DNA from: Podarcis melisellensis
Lineage: Eukaryota
Assembly (NCBI GenBank): GCA_964234715.1
Contig: OZ174288.1
DNA: 64,000 bases
Reading direction: 5' to 3' (one strand)
Shown: positions 33,801 to 46,975 of the stretch, in pieces
Position numbering within the stretch: the first letter of the stretch is position 1
How the letters are laid out: every line of letters begins with the position of its first letter
The notes under the pieces: generated by a model
Seen by the model: the letters and a program-made list of their open reading frames with translations, nothing else
Told to the model about the DNA's origin: nothing
Database searches by the model: none
Translations under genes and position numbers: made by a program

Positions 33801-36800
33801 TTATGCCCTTGTCTCTATCATTGATTCCAGCAGTCGGGCACTGTTGGTGATGGCTGTCGTCAGGAAGATGAACCTGATCCCTGCAAAAAGGGGAGCCAGA
33901 GAATGAAATTGCAAAAGGCAAACCAGGCTGCCTGGAGTCTGGTGAGAACAAAAGCCTCCACTGGCTTGCTCTAAGAGAGGCAAAAATAGCTAAATTCAAA
34001 GCCTTGAAAATATGTTAATTTAGGAAGCTTGCATGTGTTTGCGTTATCTGCATAATTTATTAAGCAATGTATGACAAGGAGCTATAAGAGAGGCCTCTCC
34101 AGCTTCTGATCGCTTTTTCAAACTTCATAAGTGCTAGATTCTTGCTTTCCTCTTACATTTAAAATCGTTAAAAAAAATATGTGTTATGCCAAACAAACAG
34201 TTGTCTGGGATCATAAACCAGGGCAGGCCCACTGCCAGTTCCCAAGCCGCTGCTGCCTCTGGCTCAGGGATTGCTTTTACCTCTTTCTCTGCCAAGGAAG
34301 CGAAGAGCTGAGATCTCAGAGAAGGTGCAGCCACCTAAGAAGATGGCCAGAACGATGCGCTGGGAGTCCCAGGCAGGATTCTCCTCTGCAGTGGTATCTG
34401 CAAGGAGAAAAGAGGAGGATGCAGCTGGTCTCCCTCAGTTTAATTCCAAGGAAATGCTTAAGCTCCAGACAGGCATGAACACACAACTGAAGCAGGTGTG
34501 TTTGTGTGTGTTAGTGTTATATATCAGGGAGGGCTGGGGGAAAAACTCTGCCTCAATCCCCAGAGAGCTGCTGTCACTCAGTGTCCAAGATGGTATGAAG
34601 CACCTTCCTCACTTAAACTCTGGTGCTTGATAATGTTCGTGTTTTACAAAAATGTGTTAACCACCTTGGCTAGTTTTTTCAAAAAGTCAAGAAGGCATGC
34701 TGCATTTTTTAAAAATAATGAGTATAATGTCTACCACTCCAGAGATACAACAGAGGGAATGTACACAACTTCCTGTACTGCTCAGGCTATGGCGAATCCC
34801 CACACCACTCCATGCCCAGAGGACGTATGTTATCACATGTGGGTGAAATGATAACGAGAGAATACCCCATGGGGTGAAAGAGCATTGACAGCGCATGTTG
34901 GTGCTGCCCACACTTTGCTCCCAGCCACTGACCTGCCACAGAAAATTCATTTCCCCCGAGGAGCCGCACCACCTCTTCCAGGCCCAGCCAGCTCTTGCGC
35001 TCCAGCACCTGCATGAGGCAGCCAAGATGGCACCAGAGTCAGCAGAAGCCACAATAAGGGACATGGGAACTGGGGCCTCTCATGGGAGGCTGGCCAGGGC
35101 CACAAGGGAAGGGCGTGTGTGGTTTGCACCTGCTCTATCAACTTGCAGCTCAGGGGGATGTAGGCACCGCTGAAGACGTACGCCATGTCCCGGGGCACTT
35201 TCAGGTTGTACTCGCCATCCACACGGGGGATCTGGAGAAGGGGGAGAGATTTGTCTTATCAGGATGCCTGTTGCCCCACGCTGACCTTACGGCTCCAACC
35301 CCCCCCCCCCCCCACATGGCACTCACTAGTCCCAGCTTCTTGCTGATGCCTCGGAAATTGCTCTTCCTGGCCAGTGAGTTGAAGGCATCCGAGAGCTTCC
35401 CTGGAAGAGGAGGGCAAAAGGAAGCAGGTCATTGGGGCCAACAAGGTTTCAAGGAGCACTGAGCTCTTGTCTGCTCTGCTGAGGAGCTGCTCCTTCCTGG
35501 TTCATCAGGATGCCCCTCCACAGGCCACACGGAGGCTCCAAAAGGAAACTGCTGCTGCAGGATGCTGTACCTGCCGCTCTGTCTGTCACCAGCTTGCTGA
35601 CTTTGTTCTCCACGGCTGTCAGCGTCTCCCCTGGCACCTGCTCTGTCAGGAGCCCCAGGTGCTTCAGGTTATGGAAGGTCAGCAAATGCTCTGGTCCATA
35701 GCTCTAGAAGGGAGGGGTGGGGGGAGATGAGCATCAGGGCAGAGGCATTGCTGAGGATGCTCTGTCCCAAGAAGAGGAGGACTGCAGGGGATCACAACAA
35801 AAGGGACCATGAGGCCAGTAGGACCAACACCAGCCAGGAGGAACTGCACAGCTACAGAGGCTCAGGGAAGCCAGTTCCCCTCTCTTCCTGCCCAAAGGAG
35901 AGCTGCTCCCTTCCTGCCTCACCTGGAGGTACTGGGTTTTCAGGGAGCGATAGTCCTTGGGGGCGAACCCTGGAGCAACCAGAAGAAAGGAGAGGTGAAT
36001 GCGCTGCAGCACACCCCTGCACGCTCCCATGGCTCCCCTCCTGCTGCAGCAGAGCACCCACCGTTCTCCGTGATGGACAGCAGGCACAGCATGCGCAGAC
36101 TCTCAAGGGGGGAGACCTGCAAGGAGGGAGAGAGAAATTGTAACTTTTTGTACAATTATATCTTCTGAAAAGCTAACCATGTACTAGTGGGGACTATGTT
36201 ACTGAATAACAGTGAACTGAAACCCTTCTTTTTAGGGGAGTGGATTTCTGCTTCTGATTACATGGTCTGGTGAACCCAGACACCAATTGAGGTCAGTGCT
36301 TGCATTTTCTCCGCAGCCCGGGCCTCTCCCTTACCTGTCGGTCAATGTGCTCTTCAATGAAGCTGATGCTGTCGCGGAGGTCAAACCCTTCCAGGAGGGC
36401 TGCAAAGGCAAGTGGGTTGGGGGGCAGGGAGAGCAGAATCAGCCCATTCTTTCTAACTCTACTAGAGAGTTTCAGTATGCTCCCCCTCCCCTCAAAAAAA
36501 TCCCTTTGCTTCCCAGCAGCATATCTTGCAACAGCCATGCTCAGAGGCGCTTGTAAACCTTCTGGGTTAGAAAGCACAAACTGTTCCATAAGAATCCATC
36601 AGTTGAGGCTGAGGAACTCTCTTAACTGTACCGGTTTTGAAACAGAAAGGAGCCCTGAGATTGGAAAGCATGGGGGTTCTTCCCTCCCCCCCCCCGATCA
36701 CCCCATTGTGTCTCTCTCTTGTCTTCCAGTCTAACTCCCCAAATTCAGCACCTGACTATTATCATCAAGTTCAACCGCTATAGGTCTTCAACTGCAATAA

Positions 36801-39800
36801 GTAAATTCTTGAATGTTTAGTGGTCCAAATCTTGAGTGTAGCAAGCATGGAATTTCAGTTGAGGGGAGAGAAATAGCAACGAGAACATCAAAGGCACTGA
36901 GGGCTTTTGGTTTTGTTCCAAAACTCAGGAGGCAGTGAGATATTCTAGAAGCCCGAAAAGATGTAAAATCAGCTTCCTGGCTTCTTCAGTGATCCAGATG
37001 CCATTTGTCAGAGGCATCAACATCTACTGAGCACCTGGATTTTTACATGCCTGAAAATGTGGCTCTTAGGGCTCAGGAAGCTAGATTGAGTGGGGAAAGG
37101 TCAGAATCTCACCATGCTCTGTCTTCAGCAGCTCCTGGAAATCTTGCTTGGTTTTTTTCTTCATGATGGACTCGCATGCACCAATATCTGCAGGCACAAA
37201 GAAGACTCTTGAACTAGGGCAGCACTAATCAAGGGAAGCACTGACCCAGAGGAAAAGACAAATCACAAGCTGTTGCTGACAGGGGATGGAGTTTACAGCA
37301 CTGCAGGGGTGCAGAGCACTCTTCCCACCCTCTCTCCTTGTGCCACTTCAACCCCATTGTTCTTCTGCTCTCCATGGGCAAAAGGCAGCATGTGGCTCAT
37401 GGGCTACAGGTTCCCCACCCCAGAACGAGGCCACCGGGCCAGGTCTGTAGAAGGAAGTCAGTGATGACACTCTGCTGCTCCTAGCTCCACCATTTGATGC
37501 TGTTGCCCCAGGAGGGAGAGGATGAGACCTACGGAGACTCAGCAGGCGATGCTCTTGCTTCAAGCCTTTCAGCTCCTGGGAGACAAAGTTCTTCATCTGC
37601 TTGATGTCCATCCCTCGCCGTCGCTGCAAAGGGAGAACACTTCTTGCATCCTGAGGCATCCAGGAATCCTACCCGCCCCCCACTGCCCCTCTCCGCTTAT
37701 CCCACTCACGTCATACTGCGCCTGCAGGTTCCGGGCCTTCTGGCTCAGGAAACCAAAGACACTGGAGAAGTGCTCGTTGCGGATCTGGCTGAAGACCTGC
37801 AGAGAGAGGCAAGTAGGGTGGCCAGATAGCACCTAGCTCCCCCCACCCCCATTTAGGCCAACCCTCAGCTCACAGCACCAGTGCTCCCACCACTCGCCCC
37901 CACAACAGGGCAGCACCTTCTGCTGCTATCGAGAGGCCTTAAATTCCCTGACCAAGCCTGCCTTCAGGAGAAGGGAAGGCAGACACTCACCTTGTCCTGA
38001 GCATTTAGCAGGACTTTGATGCTCCGATCGGAGGAGGTGACATCTGGGCCAAAGTCAACACTCCCTGCAGAAAGTAAATTCACCAGGGTGCTCACTTGAC
38101 AGGACACCTGGCCTGCGAGCAGCCTCTGCCCCCAAGTGTCAGCTGATCAATGACCATTCTGGGAGGCAGGCAGGCCCTCCTGACCTCTGGAGAGGTAGCA
38201 GGTGGGGAAGCAGCCCCACCCCAGGAATGGAAACTTACCACACTTGATGCGGAAGGTATCGTCCACCAGGCCTTCGTACACAACCTGGGAACAAAGGGCT
38301 GTGACATAATCCACATCTGAAAAGAGAGCCAGGAGAGGGATGGGATGGGCAGGAGGCAGAAAGGAGTATCAGAACCAAAGGAGACACCTCCTGGGAGGAG
38401 AGGGGGTGTACACCCTGGGCTTCTTCCCCACCCACACCCATAAGAGGGAAGGGCCATCCTAGGCAGAGAAACTGCCTTGCATGCAGAGGGTCTCAGGTTC
38501 AATGGCATCTCCAGGTAAGAGCTGGGAGAGAGACACTGCCTGAAACACTGAATAGCTGCCCCTAGAGGTAGGTGGACCTAAGATCTGAATTCACTGAAGA
38601 TGGGGTCCCACATCCAGGAGATCTGTTTTGTTTTACAGCATTTCATGCATCTCAGCTTAGCAAAAATAGCTGCGCTTGCTTGAATTACACAGATGAATGC
38701 TTAGGCTCTTTCAGAAACTTCTAGTCATGACCATGGGCCAGGACTCCAGGCATGACACCAGGCCCCATCTGCCCGTCTAACAGAACCTACTTCTCATGCC
38801 CTTACCTCTGTCCACCAGAAATACATGACCAATCTCTGGCTTCCGGCCCACACTGTCAACGTCGCTTTCCTCCACCACTTCGCGCCAGAGTTCATGGACC
38901 ATCTGGGAGAAGATCAGACCTGCCCATCAGCCCAACCAGTGTAGCTGGGAGGGGGCCCCATCAAGGAGGCAGGAATCCTGCCTCTGACTCCAACAGCCCC
39001 GTTTAAGTGACTTGGAAAAATCCAGCTGCTTGCTTGTCCTGCACTAACTTTGCTATGATATGATATGATAGGATATGATTCTAAGGTCTTGGAAACATCT
39101 GTACTGTATTCAGAGCTCTTTCTGCTATATGGTCAATACATGCCCACCCCATCTTACCTAGATACTTTCTACTCTCTGGACCAGACCCCTCTCACATTCT
39201 TTCAGCTGATCCTCCTGTACCAACAAGGCCCCACCTTAGCACACCGGCCAATTCCATAGGTCCTGCTGAATGGTCCATAGAGAGAGTTCATCAGTTGCAA
39301 GGCCTGGGCCACGGTGCTGATCCAGCGCTGGTCTCCTTCCTACTGGGGCACAAGAGAAGGAAGCTGTGATTGACACAAGAGGGTGGAAATGGAAGTTGTG
39401 CCTAAAATTATTGAGCTGGTACTTGCTGTGTGACACTGAGGCAAACGAGGGGGAGGAGGGCAGTGTGAATAGATAGGGACATTGCAGGAGTCAATACTGA
39501 CCAGGAAATAGTCACGGAAGAATTCCGGGAGCTCCATGCTGATGATGTCATCGTCCAAAGGGAGTAAGTAGAAGGACCACTCGTCCCAGGTCACGTCTGC
39601 CGAGAAACCAGGACAACACAAGGGGGATTTTGCCGTTGACCCATGATACAACCTCTCCACTGCCTTAAATTAGCTGCTTAGAGTAACTCAGGTGATTGGC
39701 CAGAGGTGTTTTTTTAATTTTATTTTAAATGTAGCAATATTACTTATTCATTCATTCTTCTTATACCCAACCCTTCCTCCTGGTGTTGCCCCAATCATCT

Positions 39801-42493
39801 TAAAACATGATCAAAATACCTTAAAAGATGAAAAACTAACCACAAATTAATACAATACAGATCAATCTCATACACGGAACAATGAATATTCCATTTGGCA
39901 TATTCAGACCGCAATCTTATGCCATTTAACTGGAAGTTAGCCTTATGAAACACAGTGCGTCTTACTTTTGAGTAAGCATGATCAGGACAGCATTGCTCAA
40001 AGTTTCTGAGCTTGGGGAAGGGGATGCCAGGGAGCCAATCACCAGCTGAACTGCTGCTTGCCTCAAGTACAGCCCCATCCCCACCCGCTGACTTTGATCC
40101 TGATGTCCTGCCAAGCAAAATCTCTGTTCTCCGTCTCTGAAACTCACCCCCATAGATCCCCTCTTCTTCCAGCACCATCTCACACGTGTAGAACTGGAAA
40201 GGGTTGGAGAAGACAATCAGCTCCAGGCAGCCTTGGGAACAAGCAGTCTAAGTGTCCCTAGAACCCCCTTCTACTGAGAAAATCTGAAGAGACTCCTCCA
40301 AGGGCAGAGGAGGGTGTTTTACAGGCACAACTAATTTTAGCTTCTAAACTGTTGCAGAGAGTGAAATTGGTGGTGGCTAAATTGAAACATGTTAAGCTCA
40401 ACCAAACGTCTGGGGGCTTGGGAGATAAAAGAGACCCCCCTAATTCTACACCCACATACCACCCACTGCCCAGACTACACAGGAAGCTGCCTTATAACAA
40501 ATCAGAACATTGGTTCATCTAGCTCAGTATTGCCCACAAATCAATGCATCTTAGAGCTGGGCAGCCCAGGCAGCAGCCACAGCCTAGACTGGGAAATGCC
40601 ATCCAGCCAGAGGGACCAGCCAGCCAGCAGCACTTCAGAAGGTCCACACATCACATCATTGCTGAGCTACCCCTGGACTACTTGGAAGGCAAGTCCCAAG
40701 AAACCCAACCCTACAACTCCTGGCTACAAGAGACTCGCCTTCTGGGGACTGAAGATAATCTTGTACTTGCGGGTCCGGCCAGCTGCCTTATCGGCGTTTA
40801 CTATGTCTAGAGAAAAAAAATGAGTCAAGGAGCAGGCGAGGCTGGCCAAACCCTTTCTAGGCAATCCAGCTGTCCACATTTTTTTATATAGAATATTTTT
40901 AATTTAATCTCAAAGCAGCTTTGCAACAGGTTGTAATAATACAGAACACCCCATGAACTTGCACAAAGACCCCTTAGTCCCATACTCTTGCAGCTTGGGG
41001 TGTGTGGTAGAAATACCTGTTGAGATAGATGCAGGTAGGCAGACTGCCAAGAACCAGGAGAAGAGACAGGCTGAAACCCACTCCCCAATTACCCAGCATG
41101 CCCCTGAATTCTGGTAGCAGCCTGAAACATTACCATAGGCAGGGTAGATAAGACTTCTGCTCTGACCTAGTCATGATACCCTTCTTCCATAATTCCTCAG
41201 GGCACTGCTACAATCAGACCACTACACAGTTCATATCCCTTTCAGAGTGCTCAGCACAGACTGTCCATACTGGGACCTCCTGCTAAGCCTGGGAGCTAGT
41301 AAGCAGCTTTGGTCCATTTAGTTCAGTATTTTCTACACTGACTGGCAGCAGTTCTCCAAGGTTTGAGGCAGGGAGACATTCCCAGCCCTACATGGAGATT
41401 GAACCTGGAACTTTCGGCATGCAAAGCAGATCTACCACTGACAACTGCCATTACTGCTCCTCCCTCAGGCCAGCACATGCAAACCACCAACTTACCTGCC
41501 ACGTACTTCATGTTCCTGATCCGTGGCCGCACCAAAAAGCACAATCTTGGGAGAAAGAAACAAAACAGACAACGTGAAAGGAGTAGTCTTGGAAACAGCT
41601 CTGCTCTGTCTGCTTTTGTCCCATGGCTCAGGGATGGAGAAGCATTGCCCTTCCCTGGCAAGCAGAAAAGAGGCAGGCAGGCAACCCCATGCAGCAGACT
41701 CAGTCAGCCCTGGCCAAACAGGGCAGACCTCCTGCCACACACTTACTGATCACTGGTACTGTGGGCTGGTTTATTCTCCACTTTGTAAAGTTTGTCCACT
41801 TCATGTTGCTGCAAAGAGAGATGGAAGCAGAGAGTGATCAGCTCCACCTCCTGCACAGCACCCCTGCTTCTTGAGGGTGGTGGTGGGGATGACTCCCTTT
41901 TCCTCTTTCCCCATTTCCTCTGATTTATGCAGCAACGAAATTGGACAGAAGTTGCCAGTAGGCACAGCTCAAGTGGGATCCTCCAAGTTCAATTCCTCAT
42001 CCCAGCATCCTCACGTCAGTCTCCCCGCCCCTTGCCCTTTTCTCCTAGGTGAGCTTTTGTGCCTTCAGCAGCTGCCTTAAAGCCCGGGCAGTCACAACAC
42101 GGGAAGCCTTCCCACCGCTGTCCGTACTACACCCCTAAACGGGGGCGGGAGCGAGAAGCTGCACCTGCCGAATTTCTGCCTGCCTGAAGGAGCAGGAAGA
42201 GGGAGCAAGCGGGGAGCTCCTCGCGCACCTTGAGGATGGAGACGTTGGCGATGCGGTCGAGAGGGCTCATCAGGTCGGCCTCGATGAACAGATCTTTCTT
42301 GCCGGGGAGCTGCAGGGTGAGGGAGAAAGAGGCGAAGCGTCATTGCCAGGCAAGGGCCGAGGGGAGCAGCTTTCGCCCCAGTACCCGCCCATCCCACCTG
42401 CTCCAGCAAGTAGACCAGCTGGTCCCGCGCGAGGCGCTTCAGAAGACTGAAGTCCGGCAGCTCCGGGGCGTCGCGGTGGCCGGGGGATGCCAT
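33801..42493 (-). CDS. VPS33B: Vacuolar protein sorting 33B (Sec1/Munc18 family), 23 coding exons, 617 aa
   Basis: Exons 42398-42493, 42229-42309, 41747-41808, 41496-41545, 40739-40806 (GC donor), 40148-40193, 39502-39596, 39235-39339, 38806-38902, 38239-38316, 37991-38064, 37710-37796, 37533-37623, 37113-37187, 36335-36399, 36062-36116, 35923-35969, 35571-35703, 35327-35400, 35130-35231, 34933-35008, 34281-34397, 33801-33880, sum 1854 nt. Motifs [68 protein letters not shown]. Confidence 0.97.
41305..41450 (-). mobile_element. tRNA-derived squamate SINE (Squam3-like)
   Basis: ttggtccatttagttcagtatt..ctgactggcagcag..gattgaacctggaac..gcatgcaaagcaga, the reverse complement of the 29138 family. 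Confidence 0.6.
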
Positions 42494-42730
42494 GGCTGGC
42501 AGGGTAGGACGTCGCCCTTCCTTCCCGGAACCCTCCACAGCGAACGCTGTTGCTGCCGGGACAGCCCGGAAGTGGACCTGCTGCCATGAGAACGCGGCCC
42601 AGCCAGCTTCCGTTCGCGCCCTCGTCCGTTCTTGTTATTGTTCCGACTCCCCATTTCCTCGTTGAGGTGGTGGAGAAACTTCTCATTGGCTGCCCGATGA
42701 AGCTGGGAGGGCAGAGCCAGCCGCCGCCGC
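42480..42730 (-). promoter_or_regulatory. VPS33B CpG-island promoter with ETS and CCAAT motifs
   Basis: CCGGAAGT at 42566-42573 and ATTGG at ~42685-42689. CpG rich and immediately upstream of the ATG at 42493. Confidence 0.55.
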
Positions 42731-43180
42731 ATTTGTTTCCCTGCTAAGAGGAACGCTACTTGCCTCCCTCGCAGCAGGCTGCTTCGGTGCATACTGCCCC
42801 ATCCCCGGGAGAGGAGGGCTGGCCCCCAAAACCCTGCCAACTCCCTTCCTAGGCGAACGTTCACTTCCCGGAGATCTCTCCCCTCCTTGGTCCCAAAGCA
42901 AACTGTGACCACACTTGGGGCAGTTTCCTTTTCCAACGTTGTCAGGGCAGCCACTTCATTGCTGCATTAATGCCTGGTCAGCTCCATGAGCCCAAGGAGA
43001 AAAGCATTATCATCCAAGAAACTTTGTTTTGGTGATTTATACCAGGGGCAGCACTCCCACCCACCCCATCCTTGAAGCTGGAAACCCTCCCTCTACTCCT
43101 CAGATAGCCAGGGAACCAACCCACCTCCTTGCAAGTTTTATAGACTGATGCCAATGCGGAGTCACAAATTGCTCAAGGCT

Positions 43181-43186
43181 TTTATT
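43181..43186 (-). terminator. Candidate HDDC3 polyadenylation signal
   Basis: tttatt ~600 bp after the stop. Confidence 0.5.
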
Positions 43187-43789
43187 GAGAACCACTCTCA
43201 ACATACATGCTTTTGCTATCCAGCCAAGCAAGGTGGGTGGGTGAGATAAGTAAGATCCTGGGAACGGAGACACTCCATTATGCTCCAGAAACCATAGTTC
43301 AATGTGATCTTCTGTAGATGCCCATAATGAGCTGAGAGAAGATGCTGTGCTTGAACTGCAGGTGTGAGTGTTCTTTGTAGTCCTGCCCTCCAAAGGTGCT
43401 GCAATAGCCAGGCCACGTGGGGAAAGGAGTAGGCCAAGTGGTACCCTTAGGTTGCCTTCTTCTTTATTTGCAGAGACTGGGGGTGGGGGGGGGCAGAGAA
43501 GGAAGTGAGCTACTGTCATCCTCTCCCCTTGTATGCTGTAACGTCTACACTTGTTCCAGAGGATGGATAAGGCATCTGGCGAGGTTGCCTTGTTTCCAGC
43601 ATACTTTCAGAGTATTACAAATATATGTAGAGGGCATCACTTTACACTGAGAGTACCTAGTGAGGCAGGATAAGAGTAAGTGGGACTGCAGACAAATTGG
43701 CGAAATTCTTCTCCATTTTTTACCTAGTAGCTCAGCAAGGTTTGTGGCCTCCTTTCGCTTCCAGTGGATTTGGCTGCAGCTTAGCCATG

Positions 43790-45320
43790 TCACTCAGGTA
43801 GCCCTCTGGCTTTAAACAGCAGCCACAATTTTTCCTCCAACACTGGGTTTGTCCCACGCAAGCCCGTCACTACCTTCGAAGCCCAGTGGAAGTACTCCTG
43901 GACTCGGTTCTCGGACCAGCCTGGCCAAAGAGAGACAAACCCACAAGTCAGAAATTCACACTTGCATCCATACACAAACCTGACTACTGCTTTGCCACAC
44001 ACTGTGACAGCTGGACTTGCTTTGCTACTTTAAGGAGGGGATCAGAGCTGCTCAAGAAGTGGGGTGGAGACTGTGTGATCTGCCTGACCTGTTCCAAAAC
44101 AGCACTGATGTCTACTAGCTAAACCTGTTCTCATAGGTGCTTGACTCTTCAGCTGACAGCAGTGCTCACCAGAGACTAATTTGGGAAAAGCTACATGACT
44201 TTGATATTTGAACTCATTTTTGTGTGTGGCCAAAACTGTGAAGCATAGGAAGGTTTTGTATCATGTTTTGTCCAAGCTCAATATTTTAAAATGCTGTACT
44301 GTATCCTGCCCCCACCAGATTATAGATATAGAGCAGAAGTCTTAACAAATTAGTTATTGAGCTCCTGTTCTGTAACACAGAAAAGGACAGCAAGGACCCT
44401 GCCATCCCATGCCAGCTACTCCTCCTCCTTTCAGAAGGGCTACTCAGGGTGGCTGGCCAGAGACGGACCTTGGGGTGTGCAGCGGTTGAGATCTCGCAGG
44501 TTGTACAGCTTGTCTGCCAGTTTCACCAGCTTGGCCTCTCGGCTGCTCTGAGCAGCTTGTTCAATCTGCAGCCGCTTGCGCTCCTTCTTGACCAAAGTCT
44601 TGTCATCCGTCACTTCCTCCACAATTCGCCGCACTTCCTCCCCAAAGTGCTCCTCGATCTCTGAGAAGGTGGTGTCTGTGTCTTCAACAGTGTCATGGAG
44701 GAGAGCAGCCTGGAAATAGGAGGTTCTTGATGCTCAGTTTCTAAAAGACTTTGATCCCCAACACCCTGCCCTCTTCTTTGAAGTACTTCTCTGCAGGAAT
44801 GCAAGGCCATTCACACATGCTTAATGGCATACTTATTATGAGTTTTCCAGGCTAAGCCTTGCCACGCTGTGCTTGGAAGCTTTAAACTAGGACAGGGAAA
44901 ATATCAGCGAGGGAGAGGGGGTGCCCTTACCTGCAGTATTGCAATTTCCGTTATTCCAGCTTCCTGTGCCAATATCTGGGCTACACCTGTGGGGGGTGTT
45001 AGACAGAGGGGCAGTACTTAGCTTCTAAAAGGAATAATAAAATTGTAGAAATGGAAGGGATCCCGAGGGCCATCTAGTCCAACCCCCTGCAATGCAGGAA
45101 TGTCAACTAATGCATCCACGACAGATGACGAGCTGAAAGTGAAGCCCCCGTCCCCACTGCATTCGGAAGAAAGCACACACTGCACATGCTCAGGAGACTG
45201 CTCACCGATGGGGTGGTTGATGTACGGCGTGCCTTCTGGATCTTTGCGCCGCTGCGCCGCGTGCTTCCGGGCCGCGAAGTCCGCGGCGTCCAGTAGGCGC
45301 ACCGCGTCCGGGGCACTCAT
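43790..45320 (-). CDS. HDDC3: HD domain-containing protein 3 / MESH1 (ppGpp/NADPH phosphatase), 4 coding exons, 180 aa
   Basis: Exons 45206-45320, 44931-44986, 44469-44709, 43790-43920, sum 543 nt. Motifs [66 protein letters not shown]. Confidence 0.96.
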
Positions 45321-46273
45321 GGCCACCGCCGGGGAAACGGTTGCTCTCCCCGGATGCAAAGCGCAGGCGGCCTAATGCCTAAGAGCACGCGGGGCGGGCA
45401 GTTGCTCCGGTAGCCCGTTTGCAAAGGCGATGGAGGGAGGGCGGTGGGCTGGTTTGGCGGGGAAGGGAAAGGGCTGCCAACGGGATGGAAAGGTTCCTTC
45501 CGGGTTCTTTTACCGCCGCCCCCTCCGCAGGGGTGGAAATGAGACGCAGAGGAAACTGTGGCATTAGCTGGACAATTGATCTCCCCCACCGCTCTCAACC
45601 AAATGGTAGCAGCCAGGAAAGGACTATTAAATCCAATACGTACAGTACTTCGACCTAGGCAGGGAAATCCAAGTTTAGTTGTTTGAAAAGGGGCGTGCAG
45701 ATTGAAGGGGGTTTGTGCAAACTTGACTGCAGCAGCACGCGGCCGTTTTCGCAATTAAGATCATCCCCAACTGCTCCCCTATCTTTAAGCAGCTCTGTTT
45801 CTCTATGCACCTGGGAAATGAGCTGGGGAGGGTAGCATTGAGGATAAATCACCCTACTCTCCGTGTTGCTATCAAGTACACAACCTAGATTAAACCAGAA
45901 TTTCCATTAAAAAACACAATCACCATCATGTATACTTGGAGCCTCGGGGTTGTTAAATGTGGCTTTAAAATGCTGTGGTGGACCATAACCACTGCTCCAC
46001 ATTCCCTTTCAGCTGAGGGTGTTTTGAATGCCCTGCAAAAGGCCTGGACTCCAAAGGCCAGTCTTCCCCAAACCTTTGTCTTGGCTTCCTACAGTAATGG
46101 GTCTTTTATTGACTCAGCCTGCAGCCACACTGTTCTTTTGTCCTGTACAAAGTGTAAAACGAACAAAGGCATTACAGAAACAGGGCAATATGTGCAGCTT
46201 TAGCCTTGCTTGTATGTTTGGGTCATGCTATTCAACGGATGGACATAAGGCTGACTGATACTGACAAGACTAG

Positions 46274-46402
46274 TTGAAACAAAATAAAAAAAAATCCATG
46301 CACATGAAAGCAATAACTAACTTAGTTGGTCTCTAAGGTGCTACTGGAAGGATTTTTTTTATTTTGTTTCGACTACGGCAGACCAACACAGCTACCTATC
46401 TG
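46274..46402. mobile_element. Short retroelement fragment (Penelope-like terminus) with 12-bp TSD
   Basis: tgacaagactag is duplicated at 46262-46273 and 46403-46414. An internal inverted segment pairs 46274-46297 with 46350-46372. The family assignment is from recall only. Confidence 0.6.
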
Positions 46403-46655
46403 TGACAAGACTAGGTTCATCTAGCAGGTAGCATCTCCAACAGGCAGCCACTTTTCCAGATCTCTGGCAAAATGTATTTCCCCTTTAGAGATACAGGAGA
46501 CTGCATGCAAAGCAACCTCTGCTGTTCTGCTACCAGCTGGTGGCCCATCCCATCTTGAAAGTAATGAGGGTACCTGGAGGTTCTGCAGCACAAGTTCACT
46601 GGAATGAATAAAAGGGCAGAGCCCTTTCACAGACCCGACTGCAATAAAGCCTCAG

Positions 46656-46975
46656 AGGTAAAGGTAAAGGGACCCCTGACCGTTAAGTCCAGTCACAGAC
46701 GACTCTGGAGTTGTGGCGCTCATCTCGATTTACTGGCCGAGGAGCCGGCATTTGTCTGCAGACAGCTTCTGGGTCATGTGGCCAGCACGCCAAGCCGCTT
46801 CTGATGAACCAGAGCAGCGCATGGAAACACCGTTTACCTTCCCGCCGGAACGGTACCTATTTATCTACTTGCACTTTGACGTGCTTTCGAACTGCTAGGT
46901 TGGCAGGAGCAGAGACCGAGCAACGGGAGCTCACCCCTAGACTCTGGTTTAGGCCACAGCACCACCCGCGTTCCT
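46656..46975 (-). mobile_element. Sauria SINE
   Basis: aggtaaaggtaaagggacccctgacc tail, tttaccttcccgccgga..cggtacctatttatctacttgcac..gctttcgaactgctaggttggcaggagc core, and TSD caataaa(g/a)cctca at 46642-46654 / 46978-46990. Confidence 0.9.

Noticed and set aside
33262-33999. 245-aa minus-strand ORF
   Set aside because: Overlaps the last VPS33B exon out of frame and its 3' UTR; no homology recognised.
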